DNA of 64,000 nucleotides from Thermoplasmata archaeon (GTDB lineage Archaea; Thermoplasmatota; Thermoplasmata; Lutacidiplasmatales; UBA184). Location: contig JAVYSA010000001.1 of assembly GCA_038729445.1 (NCBI GenBank), forward strand, positions 12,300-76,299, in the 5' to 3' direction. Position numbers and translations under genes: made by a program. Each line of letters opens with the position of its first letter. The stretch's first letter is position 1. Shown here in pieces: positions 54,339 through 64,000 of the stretch. Under the pieces are notes generated by a model. The model was not told the origin of the DNA, made no database searches, and worked only from the letters and a program-made list of their open reading frames with translations.

Positions 54339-55673
54339 TCAGGGGGAGAGGCGGTAGCGATCGCGGGGGAATAAGCGAGCCTCCCGGATGTTCTCGAGGC
54401 CCAGGAGGACCATGACCAGCCGGTCGATCCCGAGCCCCCATCCCCCGTGGGGCGGCATGCCGAACCGGAACGCCTCCAGGTACCCGGCGAACTGCGCCGG
54501 GTCGAGGCCCGCCGAACGGAGGTTCTCCATGAGGCGGTCGGCCCGGTGCTCCCGGAGCCCCCCGCTGACGATCTCCGTCCCCCGATAGTCGAGGTCGAAG
54601 TACCAGGTCCGGCGGGGGTCGTCATCCTGCCGCCGGGCGTAGAACGTCCGTTCCTTGACCCGGGTCGGGAACTCCGTGAGGAAGTAAAAGGGGGTCCCCC
54701 GCTCGGCGGCGACACGCTCGCCGATCCGCCGCTCGTCCTCGGTCCCGAAGTCCTGTTCGGCCCCGGGGCGGCCGAGCCACTCCTCGGCGACGGCGAAGGG
54801 GATCCGCGGGAACGGCGGCTCGACCGGCGGGACCCGGGCGGCGAGGGGGTTGCCGGTCCGCTCGAGGCGTCGGCGCGCGGTCGCGAGGGTGTCGGCGAGG
54901 ATGCCCTCGAGGGCCGAGAGGATCTCCTCGACGGAGTCGACGTAGCCGATCTCCGCGTCGAGGCTGGTGAACTCGCTCAGGTGACGGACCGTGTCCGACG
55001 GCTCGGCCCGGAAGGCGGGGGCGATCTCGAAGACCCGCTCGAACCCGGCGCCGATGAGCATCTGCTTGTAGAGCTGGGGGCTCTGGGCGAGGAACGCCGG
55101 GCCGCCGAAGTAGTCGACCGAGAAGAGCGTCGCACCGCCCTCCGCCCCCTGGCGGAGGAGCTTCGGGGTCTCGATCTCGAGGAACCCGCGGTCGACGAAC
55201 GCCCCCCGGAACCCCTCGAGCAGCGCGGCGCGGAACTCGAAGATCGCCCGGACCGCCGGCTTGCGGAGATCGAGGACCCGGTGGTTGAGCCGGGTGTCGA
55301 GGTCCGCCGGGACCTTGTCGACGATGCCGAGGGGCAGGGGGACCTCGGCCCGGGCCAGCACCCGGACCGATTCCGGCAGGAGCTCGAGGCCGCGGGCCGC
55401 CCGCTCGGAGCGGCGGACGGTCCCGACCGCCTCCACGACCGACTCCCGGGGGAGGTCGGCAAGGGTCGCGAAGAGCGCGGGGTCGGTGACCCCCCGCTTC
55501 AGGGTCCACTGCATCGAGCCGGCCCCGTCCCGCACGACGGCGAACGCGACCCCGCCCAGGGCCCGGTACTCCTCGAGGTGGCCCGCGACGCGGACCGACT
55601 GCCCCTCGAGGGAGGGCAGGTCACGGGAGAGTCGGCGCTCGGACGGCAGGGCCCGGCACCTCCTGTCGGGCAA
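54339..55673 (-). CDS. aspS: Aspartate--tRNA ligase (archaeal/eukaryal type, possibly non-discriminating)
   Basis: N-terminal OB fold, class II motifs FEIAPAFRAE, and GGGWGLGIDRLVMVLLGLENIREARLFPRD. The listed start is a TTG at 55673 that overlaps the pyrG 3' end by 53 nt, so the start is uncertain. Confidence 0.85.
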   Translation of the reverse strand: MPDRRCRALPSERRLSRDLPSLEGQSVRVAGHLEEYRALGGVAFAVVRDGAGSMQWTLKRGVTDPALFATLADLPRESVVEAVGTVRRSERAARGLELLPESVRVLARAEVPLPLGIVDKVPADLDTRLNHRVLDLRKPAVRAIFEFRAALLEGFRGAFVDRGFLEIETPKLLRQGAEGGATLFSVDYFGGPAFLAQSPQLYKQMLIGAGFERVFEIAPAFRAEPSDTVRHLSEFTSLDAEIGYVDSVEEILSALEGILADTLATARRRLERTGNPLAARVPPVEPPFPRIPFAVAEEWLGRPGAEQDFGTEDERRIGERVAAERGTPFYFLTEFPTRVKERTFYARRQDDDPRRTWYFDLDYRGTEIVSGGLREHRADRLMENLRSAGLDPAQFAGYLEAFRFGMPPHGGWGLGIDRLVMVLLGLENIREARLFPRDRYRLSP

Positions 55674-57255
55674 GGGCGGCGCGGACGAGCGCCAGGAACA
55701 GCGGATGGGGGGTTTCCGGCCGCGAGAGGAACTCCGGATGGTACTGGACCCCGACGAAGAACGGGTGGTCGGAGAGCTCCAGCACCTCCACGCGGCCGTC
55801 GACGCTGGTGCCGGAGATCCGCAGGCCGGCCGCGCGGAGCCGCTCGAAGTACGCCGGATTGATCTCGTAGCGGTGGCGGTGGCGCTCGACGATCTCGGTC
55901 CGTCCGTAGGTGCGGGCCGCCAGCGAGTCGGGGGTCAGGGCGATCCGCTGGGCGCCGAGCCGCATCGTCCCCCCCATCGCCCCGACCCCCTTCTGGGCCT
56001 CGAGGAGGCAGACGACCGGATCCGGCGTCTCGGGGGCGATCTCGGTGGTGTGGGCCTGCGGGAGCCCGAGGACGTGGCGGGCGAACTCGACGGCCGCCAT
56101 CTGGAACCCGTAGCAGATCCCGAGGAACGGGATCCGGCGCGTCCGGGCCGCCTCGATCGCCTGCACCTTGCCCTCGACCCCGCGCGCGCCGAAGCCCCCC
56201 GGCACGAGGATCGCGTCGGACCGCTCGAGGCGGGAGGCGAGGGTGGGGTTCCGCGGCAGGTCCTCGGCGTCGTACCACTGCAGGTGGACCTCGGCGGCGA
56301 GGTGCCCCTGGACGTGGTGGAGGGCCTCGATGTGCGAGAGGTAGGCGTCGCGCAGCTCCGTGTACTTCCCCACGACCGCGACCTCCACCGCCGGCCCCCC
56401 CCGGCGGTACGTCTCGAGGAACTCCTTCCACGACCCGTAGTCGGGGGGCCGGTCGGGGATCGAGAGGAGGGAGGAGAGCAGGGGGCCGACGCCCTGGGCC
56501 TCGAGCACGAGCGGCACGTCGTAGACGATCGGCTGGTCCGGCACGCTGATGACGGCCTCGGGCGGGACGTCGCAGAAGAGCGAGATCTTTGCCTTGATGT
56601 CGGGCGCGAGCGGGGCGGGGCCCCGTGCGATGATGAGGTTCGGCCGGATCCCGATCGCCCGCAGCTCCCGGACAGAGTGCTGGGTCGGCTTCGTCTTCGC
56701 CTCTCCGACCGGGCCGACCACCGGCACCAGGGTCGTGTGGACGAAGGCGATCTGGCCGGGGCCGAGCTCGTAGGAGAGCTCCCGCAGCGCCTCCAGGAAC
56801 GGCATCGACTCGATGTCGCCGACCGTCCCTCCGACCTCGACCAGGATCACCTCCGCCCCGGCCGCCCGGGCGACCTCGCGGATGAGCCGCTTGATCTCCC
56901 CCGTCACGTGGGGGATGATCTGGACGGTCGTCCCGAGATAGTCCCCCCGCCGCTCCTTCTCGATGACCGCGCGGTAGATCTTGCCCGTGGTCAGGTTGTG
57001 GGAGCCCGAGAGGCTCTGGTCGAGGAACCGCTCGTAGTTGCCGAGGTCGAGGTCCGCCTCGGTCCCGTCGTCCAGCACGAAGACCTCCCCGTGCTGGTAC
57101 GGGTTCATCGTCCCGGCGTCGACGTTGAGGTACGGGTCGATCTTGAGGATCGTGACCGGGATTCCCCGCGCCTTGAGCAGCCGTCCCAGGGAGGAGGTCG
57201 TGATCCCCTTGCCGAGGCCCGAGATGACGCCGCCGCTGACCACGATGACCTTCAT
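55621..57255 (-). CDS. pyrG: CTP synthase
   Basis: ATG at 57255, internal to listed ORF 55621..58086. MKVIVVSGGVISGLGKGITTSS, a GATase domain GICYGFQ and HPEF. Confidence 0.9.
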   Translation of the reverse strand: MKVIVVSGGVISGLGKGITTSSLGRLLKARGIPVTILKIDPYLNVDAGTMNPYQHGEVFVLDDGTEADLDLGNYERFLDQSLSGSHNLTTGKIYRAVIEKERRGDYLGTTVQIIPHVTGEIKRLIREVARAAGAEVILVEVGGTVGDIESMPFLEALRELSYELGPGQIAFVHTTLVPVVGPVGEAKTKPTQHSVRELRAIGIRPNLIIARGPAPLAPDIKAKISLFCDVPPEAVISVPDQPIVYDVPLVLEAQGVGPLLSSLLSIPDRPPDYGSWKEFLETYRRGGPAVEVAVVGKYTELRDAYLSHIEALHHVQGHLAAEVHLQWYDAEDLPRNPTLASRLERSDAILVPGGFGARGVEGKVQAIEAARTRRIPFLGICYGFQMAAVEFARHVLGLPQAHTTEIAPETPDPVVCLLEAQKGVGAMGGTMRLGAQRIALTPDSLAARTYGRTEIVERHRHRYEINPAYFERLRAAGLRISGTSVDGRVEVLELSDHPFFVGVQYHPEFLSRPETPHPLFLALVRAALARQEVPGPAVRAPTLP

Positions 57256-57290
57256 CGCCGCCCCCCGGCCGTGTGGTATCGGGGTGGGAG

Positions 57291-57297
57291 GATAAAG
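57291..57297 (-). promoter_or_regulatory. TATA-like box for pyrG
   Basis: The minus strand reads GGCTTTATCC about 35 nt upstream of the pyrG ATG. Confidence 0.35.
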
Positions 57298-57356
57298 CCT
57301 CCGGAGCCCGACGGGCCCGGACGCGCTCGGCAAGGCCGCGGGCCGGCCCGCCGGAC

Positions 57357-58142
57357 CTAGATCGGGACCTTCCGCCCGGCCATGTCGCGCTTGCAGCGCC
57401 CGAACTCCTGGTTCGCCAGCAGCGTGGGCCCGGGAAGGACCGGGCCGTCGACGCAGACGTGGACCGGGCCCATGGCGCAGGCGTCGCACATCCCGATCCC
57501 GCACTTCATCCACCGCTCGACCGATCCGAAGGACGGGATCCCCCGGTCGGCGGCCATGGCGAGGGCCTTGCGCATCATGACCTCCGGTCCGCACGTCCAC
57601 AGCGCGTCGAACGCCCCGCCGGCGGGCTCGGCGAGGAGGCGGGCGGCGAGCTCCGTCACGTACCCGCGATGCCCGAGGGTCCCGTCGTCGGTGGCGAGCT
57701 CGACCCGGGCCCCCGCGGCGCGCAGCCGCTCGGCGAAGAGGAGTTCCCGCGCCGTCGTCGCCCCGAGGGCGCAGACCACGGAGCCGCCGGCCGCGAGGAC
57801 CGCTTCCGCCGCGGGCGCGAGGACGGCCGTGCCCGAGCCGCCGCCCACGACCAGGACGCGGGAGGCCTCCATGTCGAAGCCGCGGCCGTAGGGACCCCGC
57901 AGCCCGATCCGGGACCCCGCGGGGATCCCCTGGATGCGGCGGCTGGTCTCCCCCATCGCCTTGACCGTGACCCCCTTGCGCGCCCCGTCCGTGTACGACA
58001 GGGACATCGGGAGCTCGTCGTCCCCCGGAACCCAGACCATGACGAACTGCCCCGGGCGGGCTGGGACCGGGTCGTCGAACCGCCACGTGACGGTCGAGGG
58101 GGTCTCCCCCACCCGTTCCGCGATCGGGACGATCCGGTGCAC
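57357..58142 (-). CDS. pyrK: Dihydroorotate dehydrogenase electron-transfer subunit
   Basis: FAD/NAD-binding ferredoxin-reductase fold. The C-terminal 2Fe-2S cluster is CGIGMCDAC...C. The likely GTG start is at 58142. The listed ORF extends to 58229, across the pyrD stop. Confidence 0.8.
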   Translation of the reverse strand: MHRIVPIAERVGETPSTVTWRFDDPVPARPGQFVMVWVPGDDELPMSLSYTDGARKGVTVKAMGETSRRIQGIPAGSRIGLRGPYGRGFDMEASRVLVVGGGSGTAVLAPAAEAVLAAGGSVVCALGATTARELLFAERLRAAGARVELATDDGTLGHRGYVTELAARLLAEPAGGAFDALWTCGPEVMMRKALAMAADRGIPSFGSVERWMKCGIGMCDACAMGPVHVCVDGPVLPGPTLLANQEFGRCKRDMAGRKVPI

Positions 58143-58149
58143 GGCCCCG

Positions 58150-59118
58150 CTACGGCGCGGGCGATATAGCCTGTCGGCCGGCGACCCCTTCCCCGCCGCC
58201 CCGCCCGCTCCCGTGCGCGCGGCCGACAAGGTCCTCCAGGCGGCCGACCCCGTGCCGCTCCATCCACGCGGCGAGATTCCGCGCGATCCGGCCGAACGTC
58301 CCGATCCCGTCGAGGGCGACGGCGGTGCCGATCTCGACCGCGCCGGCCCCCGCCAGGAGGTACTCGACGACGTCGGTCGCGGTGCGGATCCCCCCGACCC
58401 CGATCACCGGCACGGAGACCGATCGGGAGATCTGCCAGACCGCGGCAAGCCCCACCGGCTTGATCGGCGGGCCGCTCAGGCCCCCCAGCCCGTGGGCGAG
58501 CACCGGCCGGCCGAGCTCGGCGTCGATCGCCAGGGCCCGGACCGTGTTGATCGCGCTGACCGCGCGGGCCCCCCCCCGCTCGGCGGCCCGCGCGAGGGAC
58601 GCTAGGTCGGCCGCGTTGGGGGTCAGCTTGGCGATGACCGGCACCCGGACCGCCCCGGCCACCGCCCGGACGACCGCCTCCACGGTCCCGGGGTCGCTGC
58701 CGATCTCCGTCCCGTAGCCCTCGGCGTGCGGGCAGCTCAGGTTGAGCTCGAGGGCGACGACGCCGGCATCGGCCATCGGCCCGGCGAGCGCGGCGAACTC
58801 CTCCGGGGAGCCCCCGAAGATCGAGCCGACGACGGTTGCGCCCGCTGCGACCGCGCGCCGGACCTCGGCGGGGTACTCGGCGACGCCCGGATTGGGCAGG
58901 CCCATCGCATTGAGCATCCCGCCCCCGTCCAGCGGCTCGACGGTTGGGTTCGGGTAGCCCGGTCGGGGCCCGGCACCGATCGACTTCGTGATCACCCCTC
59001 CGGCGCCGGCCGCCCACGCCCCGACGAGCGAGTCCGCGCTCTCGCCCCAGATCCCCGAGGCGAGCAGGAGCGGGTTGCGCAGGGTCAGGGGACCGAGCCG
59101 CGCCGTCAGGTCGGGCAC
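58150..59118 (-). CDS. pyrD: Dihydroorotate dehydrogenase (class 1B catalytic subunit)
   Basis: PDLTARLGPLTLRNPLLLASG...GGVITKSIG...LELNLSCPHAEGYG...SGPPIKPVGL are PyrD motifs. The likely GTG start is at 59118. The listed ORF extends to 59451, through the clpB promoter and start, and is therefore rejected. Confidence 0.85.
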   Translation of the reverse strand: MPDLTARLGPLTLRNPLLLASGIWGESADSLVGAWAAGAGGVITKSIGAGPRPGYPNPTVEPLDGGGMLNAMGLPNPGVAEYPAEVRRAVAAGATVVGSIFGGSPEEFAALAGPMADAGVVALELNLSCPHAEGYGTEIGSDPGTVEAVVRAVAGAVRVPVIAKLTPNAADLASLARAAERGGARAVSAINTVRALAIDAELGRPVLAHGLGGLSGPPIKPVGLAAVWQISRSVSVPVIGVGGIRTATDVVEYLLAGAGAVEIGTAVALDGIGTFGRIARNLAAWMERHGVGRLEDLVGRAHGSGRGGGEGVAGRQAISPAP

Positions 59119-59142
59119 GGGGAGGCGGACGGGTGCCCCGCT

Positions 59143-59148
59143 TAAATG
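59143..59148 (+). promoter_or_regulatory. TATA box (TTAAAT) for clpB
   Basis: cgCTTAAATgg lies about 25 nt upstream of the clpB ATG at 59171. Confidence 0.45.
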
Positions 59149-59170
59149 GCCTCGTGCCGGTGGTGAGACG

Positions 59171-61776
<2,606 letters not shown>

Positions 61777-61780
<4 letters not shown>

Positions 61781-62727
61781 GCGGCGTCACCGTCGCCGTC
61801 GTGGGGAGCCCCGGGCTCGCCGCGCAGCTCGGGAAGCGCTCGACCGCCTCCGACCTGACCCTCTTCGATGCCGCGAGGGACGGACACCACACGACGTTCG
61901 TGGAGCCGACGCACTTCCCCGAGAAGTTCTTCCCGCTCGCCCAGGCCCTCGCGATGGCCGACCGGGCGATCCTCGCGGTCGGGGCCCTCGACCGCGCGGT
62001 CGCCGAGACCATCGCGACGCTGGAGATGCACCGCGAGCTGCCCGTGACGGTGGTCCGGGGCCCGTCGGTCGGTCCCGAGGAGCTCGCCCGGGCCCTGCGC
62101 GGGAGCCGGCTCGCCTCCTCCCCGCCGGTCGACTGGAACCCGTCGTCCCTCCGCGAGATGGCCGTGGCCTGGCGCGTCCCGCCGGCCGACGGCGGGGTGC
62201 GGGTTCCCATCGACCACGCCTTCCCCGTGAAGGGCGTCGGGGCCGTGGCGCTCGGCGTCGTCCGCCGGGGCCGCCTGGCGGTCCACGAGACGCTGCGACT
62301 CTGGCCGACCGCTCGGACGGTCGAGGTCCGGTCGATCCAGGTCCACGACGTCGACGTGCGGGAGGCGCCGACCGGCGAGCGCGTCGGCGTCGCGCTGCGC
62401 GGGGTCGAGGCCGACGAGCTCGAGCGTGGCCAGATCCTCGCCCCGGCCTCCGGGGATGTCGGGGCCGTGCGGGAGCTCCGCGGCGGCCCCGTGGAGCGGT
62501 GCCGCTACTACCGGGGCGACTGGGGGGAGGGGACGCCCCTCACGGTCTGCGTGGGCCTGATGACCGCCCCGGCGACGGTCGCCTCGCTCGCCGCCGACAC
62601 GATCGCAGTCACGGCCGACCGGCCGATCCCCGTCGCGGCGGGGGAGGCCGCCTACCTCGTCGACCTGAACGCCGCGGCGGGACCGCGGCTCATCGGCCGG
62701 TTCGCCCTTATGGCCCCGGGACCCTGA
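61777..62727 (+). CDS. EF-Tu/EF-1alpha-like protein with degenerate GTPase domain and EF-Tu beta-barrel domain 2
   Basis: ATG overlaps the clpB stop in an ATGA overlap. The N-terminus VAVVGSPGLAAQLGKRST resembles a decayed G1 motif, and no clear DxxG or NKxD motif is present. Domain II is RVPIDHAFPVKGVGAVALGVVRRGRLAVHETLRLWP...VEVRSIQVHDVDVREAPTGERVGVALRGVEADELERGQILA. Confidence 0.7.
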
Positions 62728-62753
62728 AGCGCGACGGCGCGCGACCGCGGGGC

Positions 62754-63959
62754 TCAGGCGAACATCGTGACCGATTCCTTGCGGATCTCCTCGTCCCCGA
62801 CGACCTTGTCGATCGCGCGGTCGAAGTCCGCGGCGGTCACGTGATCCCGCTCGGCCCGGATCGCCCACATGCCGGCCTCGGTGCAGATCGCCTTGATGTC
62901 CGCGCCGGTCGCCCCGTCGCAGCGCTGCGCGAGGGTCTCGAAGTCGATCTCCTCCCGGATCGCCATCCCGCGGGAGTGGATCCGGAAGATCTCGGCCCGG
63001 CCCGCGGCGGTCGGCACCGGGATCTCGATGATCCGGTCGAACCGGCCCGGTCGCAGGAGCGCCTCGTCGAGGATGTCCGGGCGGTTGGTCGCCGCGATGA
63101 TCTTGACGTTGGAGAGCGGCTCGAACCCGTCCATCTCGGCGAGCAGCTGCATGAGGGTCCGCTGGACCTCGCGGTCCCCGCTCGTCGCGACCTCGAGCCG
63201 CTTCGCCCCGATCGAGTCGACCTCGTCGATGAAGATGATCGTCGGGGCCTTCTCCTTCGCCAGCTGGAAGAGCTCCCGGACGAGGCGGGCCCCCTCCCCG
63301 ATGTACTTCTGGACGAGCTCGCTGCCGACCAGGCGGACGAAGGTCGCCTGGGTGTGGTGGGCGACGGCCTTCGCGATCAGGGTCTTGCCGGTCCCCGGCG
63401 GCCCGACCAGGAGGACCCCCTTCGGAGGGTCGACCCCGACCTTGCGGTAGAGCTCGGCCCGCAGGAGCGGATACTCCACGGCCTCGCGGATGTCCCGGAT
63501 CTGGTCGACCAGGCCCCCGATGTCCTCGTAGGTCACCGACGGCTTGTCGACGATCTCGCTCGCGGTGACCATCGGGTCGACCGACGCGGGGAGTACGCCC
63601 ATGACCGCCAGCGTCTGCTTGTTGAGCGCGACGCGGCTGCCGACAGTCACCTTCGAGTGCTCGACGTTCTCGGCGGAGTTGACCACGAAGTCCGGACCGG
63701 TCGAGCTCTTGACGATCACCCGTCCGTCCGTCAGCACGTCGCGCACGCTCCCGACGATGAGCGGCGGGTAGCGCAGGCGGTCGAGCTCCGTCTTCAGCCG
63801 CTTGACCTCGCGCTGGAGCCGCAGGATCTCCGACTCCATGTAGTGCCGCTCGCTCTCGACGCGCTTGATCGCCTCGGCGAGCTGGGTGTTCCGCATCTCG
63901 AGGAAGCTGACGCGGTCGAACGCATCCGGCCCGGTGGCAGGGGTCTCAGAATCGCTCAT
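62754..63959 (-). CDS. pan: Proteasome-activating nucleotidase (PAN)
   Basis: N-terminal coiled coil, OB domain, LLVGPPGTGKTLIAKAVA, IIFIDEVDSIG and the C-terminal HbYX-like ...MFA. Confidence 0.95.
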   Translation of the reverse strand: MSDSETPATGPDAFDRVSFLEMRNTQLAEAIKRVESERHYMESEILRLQREVKRLKTELDRLRYPPLIVGSVRDVLTDGRVIVKSSTGPDFVVNSAENVEHSKVTVGSRVALNKQTLAVMGVLPASVDPMVTASEIVDKPSVTYEDIGGLVDQIRDIREAVEYPLLRAELYRKVGVDPPKGVLLVGPPGTGKTLIAKAVAHHTQATFVRLVGSELVQKYIGEGARLVRELFQLAKEKAPTIIFIDEVDSIGAKRLEVATSGDREVQRTLMQLLAEMDGFEPLSNVKIIAATNRPDILDEALLRPGRFDRIIEIPVPTAAGRAEIFRIHSRGMAIREEIDFETLAQRCDGATGADIKAICTEAGMWAIRAERDHVTAADFDRAIDKVVGDEEIRKESVTMFA

Positions 63960-64000
63960 GGCTGTCGCTCGGAGGGCGCAGGGAGTCCTGGCACCGAGTG

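Overview
This window is a 64-kb chromosomal segment from a very GC-rich (about 70% GC) archaeon. The gene content points to a Euryarchaeota or Thermoplasmatota-like lineage. Supporting genes include an archaeal rpoH-rpoB pair and an rpoN-S9-L13-L18e cluster. The window also carries PAN, Cdc48, a proteasome beta subunit, KEOPS Cgi121, SepF, NMD3, MCM, aCPSF1 and a type-E SdhABC with an HdrB-like SdhC. Secreted sedolisin-like and heavily sequon-rich surface proteins are present too. I call about 57 protein genes and two tRNAs. The window is almost entirely housekeeping: purine and pyrimidine biosynthesis (purS, purL, purE, guaA-B, pyrD, pyrK, pyrG), alaS and aspS, methylmalonyl-CoA mutase, folC-like, nth, sdhABC, mutS-mutL, clpB and an ABC transporter. 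I found no CRISPR array, transposase or integrase. Because of the GC content every frame carries long stop-free ORFs. I called genes only where the translation is recognisably protein-like, and rejected the many low-complexity Arg/Pro/Gly-rich frames. Promoters stand out as short AT-rich TATA-like islands about 25-35 nt upstream of start codons, so most transcripts look leaderless. Adjacent genes often share 1-4 nt start/stop overlaps such as ATGA and GTGA. The most interesting items are listed here.
- A four-gene minus-strand operon: mutS, mutL (endonuclease type), an Hjc-like PD-(D/E)xK nuclease, and a small CPxCG zinc-ribbon protein.
- A tRNA-Gly(UCC) candidate with an approximately 27-nt hairpin insertion in the T-arm, possibly a non-canonical intron.
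- A sedolisin (S53) protease fused to a large beta-rich domain, a transmembrane anchor and a cytoplasmic zinc ribbon.
- A DUF1211/TMEM175-like membrane protein gene broken by a frameshift exactly at two poly-C tracts.
- A HerA-like ATPase divergently paired with a 314-aa coiled-coil protein.
- An EF-Tu-like, GTPase-degenerate protein translationally coupled to clpB.
Some coordinates I derived from the printed sequence disagree with the ORF track by one base in places, so hand-derived coordinates (tRNAs, TATA boxes, alternative starts) may be off by one or two.
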